A DNA stretch of 64,000 nucleotides. Origin: Lytechinus pictus. Taxonomy: Eukaryota. The stretch covers positions 12,712,001-12,776,000 of the forward strand of contig NC_087263.1 of assembly GCF_037042905.1 (NCBI RefSeq), written 5' to 3'. The notes beneath the pieces were generated by a model. That model ran no database searches. It was not told where the DNA came from and saw only the letters and a list, made by a program, of their open reading frames with translations. Positions 38,621 to 53,374 of this stretch are shown here, one piece after another; the stretch's first letter is position 1, and every line of letters begins with the position of its first letter. The translations under genes and the position numbers were made by a program.

Positions 38621-38900
38621 AGGTGTTGTGGCTCAGTGGACAAGTCTCCGGACATTGAACCACAAGGTCCGGGGTTCAAATCCCACCGCCGCACTCTGCG
38701 GCCATTGGCAATGCGTTTATCTGCATTTTCCACTCTTCGCCCAGGTGTAGTAAATGGGTAGCCGGTAGGAATGGATTCCTTGAATGCTCGAACGCCCGAT
38801 ATTATGGTAGCCGTGCTAAAGCCGGGGTAATAGTATGCAGTGCTTAGAAACAGTTGCATTAAGCGCGTTATCAATGTTGCACATTATTATTATTATTATT
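38621..38900 (+). mobile_element. Full-length tRNA-derived SINE
   Basis: A box TGGCTCAGTGG, B box GGTTCAAATCC, body cccaggtgtagtaaatgggta, (ATT)n tail. Confidence 0.8.
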
Positions 38901-39519
38901 ATCATTATTACCATTATTTTCATTGTCCACAACTTGATGTTCTGTTGGTACATTAAACAGCAACCGGACTTCTTTCAGAAATCTAGGGTTATTGTTCTAT
39001 ATTCTATCAAATGGGTCCTCTTCTCATTGTTCACTATTATTATTCTTATCATTATTATTATAATAATTATTATTAATGTTATTATTGTTATTCTCATTAT
39101 CAGCATTCTTCTTATTATTATAATTATGATTATTATCATTATTATAGATGGACATCAATTAAGTGGATGGGAGGGGTCGTTCATAATTCTTTTCAATTAA
39201 AATGATTAAAACACGAAGAGACTGAGATAAAAATCATGGAAGAAAGTCAAAATGATTCTGCCAAAATTGCGTAATACTCGCATTTCTGCACATAACCATC
39301 CCTTTATTTCAAGCAAATTATCCGGTTCCCTAGAGGCGATGAAAGTCCTAATAATAGATTTGTATCGGATAATTTGTTTGCAATGCACAGGACCCTCCAA
39401 CGTTCCTTGGCCATTATTAATTATGGCCCGTCTTTAATGAACCGCTGAATACCGAATATATGATTCGGGATTTAGTAAGTAATTGTTTCAGGGATTTCCG
39501 ACATTGTGGATGATATTAG

Positions 39520-40035
39520 AGGTAGTTCACATTGACCGAAAGTTCATTTCAAAAGTAGCAAAAAAAATATAAATGAATAAAAATAGTAACATGAAATGAC
39601 AAATATTGGTGAAGGTTTGAAGAAAATCCATCAAAGATTTAAAAAGTTTTATACTTTCATTTTATAATTTGTCAGGTCATTATGTGAGCAGCTTCCCCAT
39701 ACATGAAGTTTAATTCCATGAAATGTCTTTTTCTCGAAAAAATTTGAAATAGTTTTTATTGAGCCTTCAGTATATAAACAGACAACTTATTTCACATCAA
39801 CTCCTGAAAGACAAAAAATAGTAATCATGAACTATTAACATTAAATTTATGCACTTTATATTACATAAGAAATGGGGCAGTTGCTCGTATAATGACGTCA
39901 CAAATCAAAATTCTAAATTCTAGAAACTTTTTTTAATCCTTGATGGATTTTCCCCACACCCTCACCAATATTTCTTTATCATATTTTATCTGGTTTTTTT
40001 TTACAACAAACTCTTCTTCAGGGTGAACTTTTCCT
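39520..40035. mobile_element. Kolobok-like MITE, diverged
   Basis: aggtagttcac...gtgaacttttcct-TTAA with internal inverted blocks. Confidence 0.6.
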
Positions 40036-40874
40036 TTAAATTCGGCATTGAAACATCACCGGATATAAAACCATCAACACCGTATTATTAAAGTAGCCAT
40101 ATTAATATCTTCATGGATTTATCAGTGTGATAATGTTAACAAGCCATTCTACACGATATTCAAATTTTTGCAATTTATTTCTTAAAACACTATTCTTTAT
40201 ACCAACAAATTCAACTTCAAGTAAAACTCTATAATAGTAAGTTTATACGCATTGGTTTATCATGTCTCCAAAGTTTACAAGAATATTAATTGGTTATTGG
40301 ACATTTCTTTCAAAAAATATTTGTTTACTTTCACTGTTGTTGCGGTTATGATTTACATCAAATATTTCACTGTTTATGTTTATATATTATGTTTTTACTT
40401 TGTAAATCTTTCTCAATCCAGCCACTGGCTGCGATGAAATGATAAAACCTTCAATTCAATTCCCGCGGCCATGCAAGCTCACACACACGTCATCAATGCT
40501 GCACTGTTATGTCATACTGCAATTACAAAGATTATATGCTTCTTTTATCAGATAATACGTCAGTCCATCCCTTAATGAGAATAATTCATAATCACCTAAG
40601 TGATACCTTGGGGAATACAGACCTTGTTTATAAAACAAAGGGACATAATTTTTTTTTAGATGATAATTTGATTAGCTTTTTTTTCTTCAAAGTTTACACT
40701 TTATTTGATTTGTTGCGCGGTGTCATTTAAGTTTCATTGCATTGTTGAATTGCTTCTTGTTGTCCGTCCGTTCAACCCACATTAGCTCCCCCCCCGGGGG
40801 GGGGGGGATACACGCCCTATGCTCTGTCACACGGACGATACCAATTCCAAATCGGTAGAGGGTATGTAAATGGT

Positions 40875-41030
40875 GGAGGTGCCGTGGCCGAGTGGTCTAA
40901 GGCGACTGGCTATACATGGAAAGTCCGGGGTTCGATCCCCGGCTACGACACCTATGCTCTTTTATCCTGCATTCAAATAAATGGAAATGCTTTATGCATT
41001 GTTTGAAACTAGGTGTGCACTTGGTTTAAA
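40875..41030 (+). mobile_element. tRNA-derived SINE, truncated
   Basis: TGGCCGAGTGGTCTAAGGCG...GGTTCGATCCCC followed by a non-tRNA body. Confidence 0.7.
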
Positions 41031-41148
41031 AAAAAAAATGATAGTGAGGGATCATGGGGCTTATTACGCTTATTACGGTCTGGGTTCGTTTTGTGTGACT
41101 ATAGCATTACAGCAATTGAATGATGGACGCGATGGATTATGGGAAGTG

Positions 41149-41409
41149 CAGTGGCGTACACAGGGGAGGCGGGGCTCTTGCCCCTCATTTTCCAAGACCA
41201 AGAAAAAAGGAGAGAAATGGGAAAGAAAAGGACAAAGAAAAGGATGATATATGCTATATCATTTTCTGAATATTATATGTCAAAATCTATCACAAAATTG
41301 AATTTTTTAATTAAAAATATCGAAAATTTGCTCTCTCGCAACTTTTTATGACTTTTGCCCGATACGCCATATCTAGCCCCCTCAAAATATTTGCCTCATT
41401 ACGTAACTG
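41149..41409. mobile_element. hAT-like MITE
   Basis: cagtggcgta...tacgtaactg; 8-bp TSD GGGAAGTG. Confidence 0.8.
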
Positions 41410-42061
41410 GGGAAGTGGGATAGTTCTTGGGATTGTTTTCATGTGTTGATATAATGACCCCCCCAAAAAAAAAAATATAAAACAGGAAAAATCCCCATTG
41501 GACCAACAATAAGATCATTTTTATTCTCTTAATTTACTCGAAATTATGTACCATGGACTTAGGTCTTTCGTATATTCACATAGGCATACATAAACGAGCT
41601 ATTCTTAAAAGAATCTAGGGGCTAGGAAAAAGTATTTTACCGTTTTTCTTAAATATATATATATATATATATATATATCACACTTACAGAACGAGTGCGG
41701 TGTTATTAGTTGAACACGTTTTGAAAAAAATAGTAGAAAAAGAAAGAAAAATCTTAACAGCGTCAGACTATTTTTTTTTAGGGCAGTGGGTAGTGAAATC
41801 GTTATAGCAAAGCAGGTTTAGAGAACGAATTAGGCTTTTCCGTTTCGATAATTAAGGGATTCTCAACGAATTAGGATATTGGTACAGATGTTCCTGACTT
41901 TGGTACCGAATAAGGAAGAGCACTTACGCCAGAACCCCATCTTACAAAGACGTGCGATCGATCGGACCAATCGCCATATGGCAAGCCAGCAACGCCAACA
42001 TCTAGGATGCATACATCCGTTCAAAGTTCAATACAATGTATGGTCTTTGGATCAAGGGAAG

Positions 42062-43084
42062 TATGAGACGCCGATTGTACCAATATTATATAGAACAATT
42101 ATTTGTTATATAATCATTATTTATTAAATAATAACTATTATTTATATATAATTTACATTTTATTTGTAAATAATTACTATTATATAAAATAACATTTCTA
42201 ATTATTTTTATATAATTCCAAGTAATACTTCATTATTTGTAAATAATAATAGTTTGACATTCCATTATTTATAAATAATGATTATTTGTTTTTCATTATT
42301 TATAAATAATGATTATTTGTTTTTCATTATTTATAAATAATGATTATTTGTTTTTCATTATTTATAAATAATGATTATTTGTTTTTCATTATTTATAAAT
42401 AATGATTATTTCTCTTTTATTATTTATAAATAATGATTTTCGTTTTTCATTATTTATAGATAATGACACTACATACTTCATTATTTATAAATAATTGCAA
42501 TTCGTTTTTCCATTATTTATAAATAATCATTATTTATCAACAATGCCAGTGCACATTTCTTTATTTATAAATAATTTGTTGAGTTTCCCATTATTTATAA
42601 ATAATGAAGTATGTAGTGTCATTTTTTATAAATAATGAGAAACGAAAATCATTATTTATAAATAATAAAAGACAAATAATCATTATTTATAAATAATGAA
42701 AAACAAATAATCATTATTTATAAATAATGAAAAAAAAAAATCATTATTTATAAATAATGAAAAACAAATAAAAATTATTTATAAATAATGAAAAACAAAT
42801 AATCATTATTTATAAATAATGAAAATCAAATAATCATTATTTATAAATAATGAAAAACAAATAATCATTATTTATAAATAATGGAATGTCGAACTATTAT
42901 TATTTACAAATAATGAAGTATTACTTGGAATTATATAAAAATAATTAGAAATGTTATTTTATATAATAGTAATTATTTACAAATAAAATGTAAATTATAC
43001 ATAAATTATAGTTATTATTTAATAAATAATGATTATATAACAAATAATTGTTCTATATAATATTGGTACAATCGGCGCCTCATA
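42062..43084. mobile_element. ~1-kb foldback element, IS3EU-like, inserted in a family-A-related MITE (~41932-43565)
   Basis: Ends TATGAGACGCCGATTGTACC and GGTACAATCGGCGCCTCATA; 6-bp TSD GGGAAG; inner arms made of ~31-bp tandem units. Confidence 0.85.
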
Positions 43085-43785
43085 GGGAAGCTGTGCACCT
43101 TTTCTATGAAGAATGATGACATTCCCGGGTTTTCATAGTTGATTTTCATATGACCAGTCATAACTATGGAAATCCAGCAACGCCGATATCTAGAATGCAC
43201 GCACCCGTTCAAATTTTAAATACGATTTATGGTCTTTGTATCTTTGTCTAGTCAATTCAGTTTGCTCTTCTTTGTTTTCAATGGGTAGTTCTGTACACTC
43301 CTTATAAAGAATTATGACATTGATGGATTTCCATAGTTGATATTGATGTGATCAACCACATCAATGGAAAGCCAGCAACGCCAACATCTAGAATGCACAA
43401 ATCCTCCAAAGTTTGATATCTTTGTATCATTGTCTAGTCAAATCAGTGCGCTCCCCGTTTCCAAAGGAAAGTTGTGTGCATTTCCTATATTAAGAATTAT
43501 GACATTCGTTGTTTTCCATAGTTGGGATTGATTGGACCAATCGCAGCTCGTTGTAAGACGGGGTCCAGGTCCTCTCTTAACGTTTGATGAAATCGGACAT
43601 GTAAGGCCTCTAATGCTGAAAATGAAAATCACTTCCAAAATATGTTATACGCTTGAAAATATTATGATTTGATTGATATAGATGGGCAAATTTAGTAATT
43701 TACATTTCCTAGAATTTGCTCTACATTGCATATTGTAACCTATTTTGTATTTGAAAACAAGTTCATCTATAAAAGTATCAAGCAA

Positions 43786-43786
<1 letters not shown>

Positions 43787-43817
<31 letters not shown>

Positions 43818-43869
43818 ATACTACTACTACTCTTATTACTACTAGTTCTACTACTCTAATTACCACTAT

Positions 43870-43922
<53 letters not shown>

Positions 43923-43964
43923 ATACTGCTGCTACTACTACTCCTACTACTACTAGTTCTACTA

Positions 43965-44049
<85 letters not shown>

Positions 44050-44050
44050 G

Positions 44051-44083
<33 letters not shown>

Positions 44084-44279
44084 GTACTACTACTACTAAT
44101 ACTACTACTACCACTCTGCTACTATAATTACTACTACTGCTGCTACTACTAGTACTACTATTTACTGCTGCTGCTACTGCTACTAACTACAACAACAACA
44201 ACAACAACTACTACTACTTTACTACTACTACTACTACTACTAGTACTAGTACTAGTACTGCTGCTGCTGCTGCTACTAT

Positions 44280-44322
<43 letters not shown>

Positions 44323-44413
44323 GCTACTACTACTGCTACTACTAATACTACAACTACTACTACTACTACTACTACTTCTACTACTACTACTACTACTAGT
44401 ACTACTACTACTG

Positions 44414-44449
<36 letters not shown>

Positions 44450-44637
44450 GTACTACTACTACTAATACTACTACTACCACTCTGCTACTATAATTACTAC
44501 TACTGCTGCTACTACTAGTACTACTATTTACTGCTGCTGCTACTGCTACTAACTACAACAACAACAACAACAACTACTTTACTACTACTACTACTACTAG
44601 CTACTAGTACTAGTACTGCTGCTGCTGCTGCTACTAT

Positions 44638-44677
<40 letters not shown>

Positions 44678-44705
44678 GCTACTACTACTACTACTACTAC
44701 TACTG

Positions 44706-44760
<55 letters not shown>

Positions 44761-44931
44761 CACTCTGCTACTATAATTACTACTACTGCTGCTACTACTA
44801 GTACTACTATTTACTTTGGATTTAACTTGGAAGTAGGCATAAGGTTTTACATTACTTATTTGCCCCACTGCAGCCTAAAGTGATACCTACAACTAGTAAT
44901 AATAGTACAATTACCACCACCACCACCACCT

Positions 44932-44982
<51 letters not shown>

Positions 44983-44984
44983 TT

Positions 44985-45048
<64 letters not shown>

Positions 45049-45050
45049 TA
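43787..45050. repeat. Long (TAC)n microsatellite complex
   Basis: Directly visible. Confidence 0.95.
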
Positions 45051-45079
45051 TGTATAACACTCGGTCATCATCACAAATC

Positions 45080-45380
45080 CCTCTTCAAATCCCCCGAACA
45101 TTAAAATCAGTAGGTGATAGGTCATTTTCTGTGTTTGCCCCCAAATATTGGAATAGATTACCCCATAAACTTAGACAATGTTCTTCTATTGATGTGTTTA
45201 AGAAGATGCTTAAATCTCATTTGTTTTAACATGTTTAATATATTGCAAGTAGTGTTTCATTTTGTGTAGTTTTGTTTTAAGTTTTCACCGATTGTATTTG
45301 TTTTGTCATTTGTACAGCGCTTTGTAACTTTTGAAAAAGCGCTTAATAAGAAGTAATTATTATTATTATTATTATTACTA
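45080..45380 (+). mobile_element. L2-type LINE 3' end
   Basis: Encodes FSVFAPKYWNRLPHKLRQCSSIDVFKKMLKSHLF-stop, followed by a UTR and (TAT)n tail. Confidence 0.7.
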
Positions 45381-47932
45381 CTACTATTACTACTACTGCA
45401 ACTAGAACAACAACTACTACTACCACCATCACACCTACTTCTTCTACTTCTGCTACTTATACTACTACTACGACAACGAGGACTAATACTACTTCTACTA
45501 TTGCTACTACTTCTACTTCTGCTACTTCTAATTTTCCTACTTCTGCTTCTACATATTTCTAGACTTCTGCTATTTCTAACTTTTACACCAGTATGAAGCA
45601 TATATAAGTGTATTACCATTTTGATTATTAGCTTGTAAAGCTATAAATCTCCATGATTACATTTCAATCAACTCCAATTGTTACAGACAATAGAGAACAA
45701 GAAAATGGAATCCATAATTATTACGTAGATTTGTGTTTTCAATCTTTCTAATCATGATGTACCACTTTTATGTGTTTCTGATTAGGTTTTATGATTAAAT
45801 ACATTTTGTTTAATACTCTACAGTCTATTGTTGAAATGTATTCATTATTGTATCTATCGATCTTTTTTCTTGAAATAATAGAGGTCTGGAGTTATATCCA
45901 TGGATCTCTTATTATGTTTCGTTAAAACCTTCCGGATCATGCTTTGCGGATCCCATTTTCCCTTGAATTCCAAAGGGATTTTATCTTTTGATTTTATTCA
46001 ATTGATTTTATTCATTAATTCTTATATATTCACGTGGGCTAAATAAGCATCTAGACATTGCCAATCGTCATTGCCTGGATCGAACTTATTTCGATCTATT
46101 CAATTTGAAATGGCTCTAGGTATTTACATTAAAAAGCATTAAGCATCATAGTTGGCATGAGTCATCTTTTATCTTCATAATAATGATGATGATAATTATC
46201 ATCATCATTATCACCAATATTCTCATTAGTATTGATATAATTATTAATTATATTATTACCTTCATTTTTATATAAATATTATGGCATAAATTTTTATCCC
46301 CATTATCTTTATCATTGTTATTACTATTATTATTAATATTACCATTATCATTTATTATTTATTTATTATCATCATTATTATCGCCATCGTCAACATCAAT
46401 GTGATCATTATCATTATCACCATCATCATCATCATCATCATCATCAACATCATAATCATTATTATCATAATCTATTTTGCAGTACGATGGACTGTTGGAA
46501 TATATATGTGCCTGGAAATTGTTGACTCTTAATGTGCAGTTTCTGCAATCCAAACGATAATCGATTTCAGTGAAATATTGATTGATTCGGGTGGGTTATT
46601 TATGTTTCATAAGACTCCTTTAGAAATGTGAAATAAGATAATAGAAAATGAAAATTTTAGTTAATTTGTTTTTCATTAGATGCCTTGAAAATATGGGGTT
46701 AGATGTAATGATAAAACTTATAATTCATTTCATATACATGTATATCATGTAACAAAGTCATTCGATGTCAGCAACCATGCATTACTAAAATATGGTCAAA
46801 CTAATAAGATTAAGTATGAATATGGATTTGGATTTTAGCGCGAGCGGGAAGTATGTTGTCTACCACAAATTCAACAAAATTGTCAAAATAAAGTCAAACT
46901 GTCTAAATCATCATAGGATCTTCAAGCAATAGTTTGACCTTTCATAGTTTTAGACTCTACAAAAGTTATCACCACTCTACGAGCAATTTTAGAGAACACC
47001 CCCTGCTCCACATTTCAATGATTCGCCACACGTTTCATGACAGAACCAGTACTTTCCCTCCATACGGTTCAAACATTTCTGTCAGCCGTAGAGAGACCCC
47101 CTTAAGCAGTAGCTAGTAGCAAACGAGTATAAATTGAGGTCGATCCATTCTAAAAGTAGTTCTAATCTTGGCTTTCCGTCTGGAACTCCCGGCGATTACA
47201 AGTTCAAAATCTTCTGGCTTCTGGCACGCTTTAAGAGACAGTTGTCATAAGGGACTTGATTTCCCGTCAGCGGTTTAACCTGCTCTATCTGCTCTCAAGT
47301 TCACGCTAGTGCGTTTTCACACGGTGGAAAATTTCACCCTTTACACATGTTACATGATCATTTTAAAGTGACCTTATCTAGTTAAAGTGGTTTTGCCTTG
47401 TAATCGGAAGGTCGTGTGTTCGAATCTCATTAGGGACATGATTTCCCGTCAGCGGTTTATCCTGCTCTACTCGTTCAAAAAATTCGAAAAAAAAAAATCA
47501 AATGGAAAGATGATTGCTCATCCCTCCCCAAACCACACAAAATCCCCCAAGCCAAAACACAATTTGTTGATATATTCACTCACGCGGCTATTTCATGCGT
47601 TCGTTTTGGATAATTGTTCTTTTTATATACTCCCAAACCGACATTTTAGTGGCTTTTGCCATCTCATTCGGGTTATCGCGTCCGGTCGGACAATCGCGTA
47701 ACACCACCATTCGAAAAAAAAATAGGTTCGAAAAAGGTTGAGTCAAGTTTACCCGACCTTTTGTAGATTCGGCTTATGATATTCATAAAGTATTGGATAA
47801 ATTTGTCCCGAACAATCGTATATACCTGACTCATAAATTTCTACAGAGCGCCGCTCCCCCTTTAAGATTCTATCAATGTTAAGTACTCCGCTCTCGTGTG
47901 AAAACGGACTAAAACATGCGACAGAGACGCCG

Positions 47933-48137
47933 CACTCTAAAAAAGGTTTACCCAATATTTTTTTTTTAAATGGGAACATGCATGTTAGTTGGGTAAAATG
48001 ATACCCAACATTTCGTAAATTTTATGCAATGTTGCGTTGAAATAGCCCAATATGGGGTAAAAAAATATTCTCAGCAAACATGCATGTTCCCTTTCTACCC
48101 AATATTGGGTAAAATTTTACTCAGTATTTTTAGAGTG
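47933..48137. mobile_element. CACT-ended MITE
   Basis: cactctaaaaa...tttttagagtg; internal tacccaa repeats. Confidence 0.65.
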
Positions 48138-49347
48138 CATCAGTGCGCAGGGGAAAGGGGATATATATTTATACATAAAATAGACCAAAACTATGCAAAG
48201 TCACAGAAAAAAAAGGAAATTAAAATATCGCTTTGGAAAGATGGACATAATTGTTGCCAAGCTATCAAACTCTTTCAATGATATTAGGGAAAAAATTGTT
48301 TCGACCCTTAAAACTCGGAGCGTATTTGTTTCTGTGCAGTACCTGTGGCTCCATGCACAATCAAATTTATTTTCATTTACAGCTAAAAGGTTCCTGGTTT
48401 TTCACTTGTACAAACTTTACCGATCGCCTTGTGTAAATTTGTTTCAATATTCAAAATCGTAACCACAAGAGTGGACATTATCTTCAATATGATATAACAA
48501 AATATTTTTTTTTAGCTGAAGTGGTTGCTCAAATTGTATATTATATCATTGTTTATCACCAGAGGCTGGTAAGGGCAAACGTAGAACTAATCACAAATAC
48601 ACAGCCTCTCTCTCCAATACACACACACACACACACACGCACTCCATCACACACCCGTACACGCACAGACGACGCACACCGCTGCTCTGTCATCTAATAA
48701 AATGCGTTTTATTAGATTTCGTTCAAAATAATTATCTCATCACAATTACAAACTTTCCCACTTTTCAGTTTAAGTTCTGTTTATCCATATATGCACACAT
48801 TTTTCAAACAGTACAGCTTAGAGATAGAGAGAGAAAGAGGGGGAGGGGGAGGGGGGAGGTGGGGGATAGAACAGAGGGAACGGAACCCCCCCCCCCACAC
48901 ACACACCCACAAACTCACAAAGTTACTATGCAATAAATAATTCAAAGTATCTCTCACTCGCTAACATACACGCTCACCATGCAAAGAGCAAAAAGAAATT
49001 GATTGATGTCGGCCAATAAAAAGAGAGGGGCATGGATACAGAGAATGAGATAAGAGAGAGAGAGAGAGGGGGAGAGAAAGAAGACAGAGAAAGAGAGAGA
49101 GAGATAGGGGGAGAGATTTGGAGATTATATTGTCAGATATTGAATAGAAATTACAAGGCATGATTAGTTTAAGAGATAAAGACTGCCAGAGATTGCAAGC
49201 AAAACGCCTGTAGCCTGAAAAGTATAGGTTCAAGTACAATTGCAAAAGTCGGTCACCCTCCCAATATAACATCATGAAGGCTACAAGGCAAAATCAGCTA
49301 TTTCTTTTCAATTTTCGATGTTGTTCCTTCCTGGGTCAAGTACGACG

Positions 49348-49915
49348 TTATTATCATCATCGTCATTATTATTATTATTATCATTATTATCATTATTATT
49401 ATCATTATCATTATTATTATTATTATAACTATTATCATTATCATAATCATTATTATTATTATCATTATTATCATTATTATTATCATTATCATTATTATTA
49501 TTATTATAACTATTATCATTATCATAATCATTATTATTATTATCATTATTATCATTATTATTATCATTATCATAATTATTATTGTTATTACTATCATTAT
49601 TATTATGATTGTTATTATTAATGATATAATAATGATGGCTATTTTTGCTACACTGCAAAAACACCGGTGCTAATTTGACACCAGCTCGGTATCTATATAG
49701 GAAACCACCGGAGAGGTGTTGAAACAGCACCACTTCGGCTTGAGGCTGACACCAGATAGGCATTTAAACAACACTAATCAGTGTTAAACCAATATCGGTT
49801 TGATTCTCAATTGGTGTTGTTTCACCACTTCTCTGGTGTATTATGATATAGATACCGGGATGGTGTTAAATCAACACCATATTTTTGCAATGTATTATTA
49901 TTAATAATATTATTT

Positions 49916-49946
<31 letters not shown>

Positions 49947-50040
49947 CATTATTATCATTTTTATCATTAATATTATTATTATCATTATTATCATTACTAT
50001 TATTATTATTATTATTATTATTGTTACTATTATTATTATT
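49348..50040. repeat. (TAT/CAT)n microsatellites flanking a CACT-ended MITE (49650-49892)
   Basis: Directly visible; MITE ends ta-cactgcaaaaa...tttttgcaatg-ta. Confidence 0.85.
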
Positions 50041-50809
50041 TCGAAAAGAGTACAAACATCGAATAAATTGTTTTTCAGCATAGTCTACGATAAATCTCAT
50101 TAAAATGAATAATATATATTTTATTTGAAATATTGAAGATTTTGAAGAAAATTAAAGAAAAATTGAAGAATCTAGAGTTGGTAGTTTATGCTTGATACTT
50201 GACGAGAGATAATTCCTCTTGCAGATTTTAAACTTTTATTTATATGTCATGCAAAATCGGTACCGTAGTGAGGATCTCTATTTTACATTAAAAGGAGAGT
50301 GCGTTGTGCAAGTGAAAACCTGTATACTTCCATAGTTTTGTAAGACGGATGTGTGCAATTAAACAATTTGACAAGAACAATTCCATTACTCTTCTTGTAA
50401 TCGCGTTGTTAAAAAACAGGATTATTCATGAAAAATGGCTCAGCGCGCGGATATTGATACTAGTATAACCCTGAACTTATCCACTCTTTAGCTTACGTAG
50501 GTGATCATTATGAGTGAAATAGTTATTTTGGTACTCGTCGTAAAGCGAGTGCATAAAATTATTGTTCAAGATGTCTCCGGGGAAAGTATAAAATGGAAAC
50601 CTTCGTTATTCACTTCTATCTACCCACCCCAATCATTATATCATTTAGGGGCCTATATTGTTATTATCATAATTATTATCATCATCATTATTATTATTAG
50701 TAGTAGTATATTATTATTATTATTGTTATCATCATGTTTATTATTATTTCTACTATTATCATTAACATCATCATCATCATCATCATCCTCATCCTCCTCC
50801 TCCTCCTCC

Positions 50810-50840
<31 letters not shown>

Positions 50841-52044
50841 CATCATCCTCATCATCATCTTCATCATAGTCAACATTATTGACATTATTTATTCATTTAT
50901 TGTTGGCAAAACATATTACTCCAGACTTGCATTGGTCACCTTTTTATCAATTGGACGTTTTCGATAATTCCATCTCTTTGAAATGTATTTTAATAACATT
51001 CCCTCACTTGTACAATAAAAAAAAGACTACATGCGTCAGTCCTTTCACGTTATCTCTTTGATTTGTGAATGTGCATTAATATGATGTTCAATTTGAAGCG
51101 AAATTGTATTTGAGTTTTGATTGATTTGATTAATGCTATTCACCCTCTGCTTTTATACACTTCATTAATTCTTTAATGATTCATTTATTTATATCTATAA
51201 ATAAGTTTATCGCGGGCTTCATTTACACATTTTGGCCCCTAAACAAGTTGTCGCGAGAATATGACCTCTAAACATGGGTATTTCTTGACCCCAGGGAAGG
51301 ACCCGAACACTTTTCAGAAACGAGGAGGAAAAGCCCAGGGGAAAAGGCTTGGAGAAAAAACACCCTTATCACGTTTGGCTATAGTATTAAAAATAAAAAA
51401 AAGTTTTGGAAAAAAAACATCCCCTAAATACTTTTGACCCGGCGATTGACATTTGACCAGTTTTTCAAAACCACCCTTTTATTTGAAAATCGGTGTTTTT
51501 GATACCCTTAACGAGTGCACGCGCGGCCCTCGTCCAAAACTAACAAAAATGACCCTTTTAAACGCTTTTTTTTTACTCACGCATATGTACAGCAATTTAT
51601 TTGACTGCCCCCCCCCCCCTCTGGGCTGCAGTTCAACTGAATGTGGTTGATTTGTTCAGCTTTTGATTAATTCAGATTTGCATCACGGCTCTTTTAATTC
51701 AATTCAATTCAATTTTTTTTGGACCTCATATATAAAGGAGGTCTTGGGCGTAGTATATTTGCTTACATCATTTCCACTATAATGTGTTTTAGACAATTAG
51801 TCATCCAAGAACCACGGTAAACTTGTTTCTAAGAAAGGTTTCAGATTACATAATTAGCACGTAGGCAACTACACGTAGGCCCACGGAATGGTGAAAACAA
51901 AGTATCGCTAATTGGTCACTCAGTCACACCCGGTGTGACGATAGTAATTTATCACCATTGGTATACTATCGGTCGGTTTGGAGTCGGTTCCGTCAGTGTC
52001 ACTGTGGCATAAGTGACAGTACGCCATATCAGATAATGCATTAA

Positions 52045-52633
52045 AGGGGAATGAAACTATTGGAATAAGTAGGCTTGGGTCGAAACAAAAAAATCAAAGA
52101 ATAAGAACAAAGAAAGTTTGAGAAAAATCGGACAAATAATGAGAAAGTTATGAGCATTTGAATATTGCAATCATTAATGCTATGGAGATCCTCTCATTGG
52201 CAATGCGACAAGGATGTGTGATGTCCACTGAACTATATAGTTCAGTGGTGATGTCACATGTGAACAACTTTCCCTTTGATGGACTATAAAATACCCTCAA
52301 AATGTATCTTTCTGCTTTTTCTTGTGGTGATACATCTGTATTATATGCCCTCCTATAGAAAGAACACATGATCTACTGATAGATGTGATAAAAGAGGCAA
52401 TTTAAGTGAAATATATACTAAAGTAATGGGGAGAGTTGTTCACAAGTGACATTACACATCTTTGTCACATTGCCAATTTGAGGATCTCCATAGCATTAAT
52501 GATCGCAATATTCAAATGCTCATATCTTTTTCATTATTAACTTTGTCTGATTTTTCTCAAACTTTCGTCGATCTGTTTCTTTGAATTTTCTGTTTTCACA
52601 CAAGCTATCTTGTTCCAAAGGTTTCATGCTCCT
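52045..52633. mobile_element. Kolobok-like TTAA MITE
   Basis: TTAA-aggggaatgaaac...gtttcatgctcct-TTAA. Confidence 0.88.
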
Positions 52634-53374
52634 TTAAAGGCACTTCAGGGAGTACTTCCTTTCGTGTGTTATTCTATGGAGATATATTCTTGTAACAAAA
52701 TTATTTTTACATCTCTGGGTTGTGGGCAAATATGCATGTGACGGGGGGGGGGGGGGTGGATCCAGAACTGTCCTGGAGATGGGGGGATACGTCAATAAAA
52801 AAAGATTTCTGTGAAGGAAACAAAAATAAATCACACTATGCAAATAAGTACGGTTCCTAGTTGGGTGCTTCGTAGTTATTTTGAATGTGACTGGGACATT
52901 TATAATAGGCCTACTGGATCCGGGTAAGCTCCACTTTAAAGGTAACATCCAGGGTAAACTGATCGACACAGCCCCTCGAAAGGACAAAACAAACACAAAA
53001 CATAACTGTCGGGACTGAACGCTGCACATTGCGTCGTTGAGTCAGAAAGGTCAATGAAATATAGTTTTTATTCCAGTCGGTATAATTAATATTTTTGAAC
53101 AATAAATACGACTTTCGCTTATTTAGCAGGATGAGATTTTGTACACATGAAGTAGAGGTATAGATGGTATTTATTGCATGTATTTAGGAGTAATTAAAGA
53201 GAGGTAGAATAAATAGAATGCCTATTGAAAGGCTGGCCAAAAAATCAGTGAGCATTGGATCCATGCAGTAAGGGGGAAATGTGTACCTCAGTTTACAATT
53301 AGTTTGTGAGTAATAAACATCCTTTTGTCAGTGCGTGTTATATTTCTTTGTGGAAATGCAGGATCATAACATGG

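Noticed and set aside
42260..42885. Regularly spaced palindromic repeats resembling a CRISPR array
   Set aside because: There are no unique spacers and no cas genes, and the context is eukaryotic; these are tandem units within foldback arms.
43645..45619. Long poly-T/L/V/S ORFs in the ORF track
   Set aside because: They are translations of (TAC)n microsatellites with no coding features.
49274..50967. Poly-I/N/Y/H/S ORFs
   Set aside because: They derive from (TAT)n and (CAT)n microsatellites.
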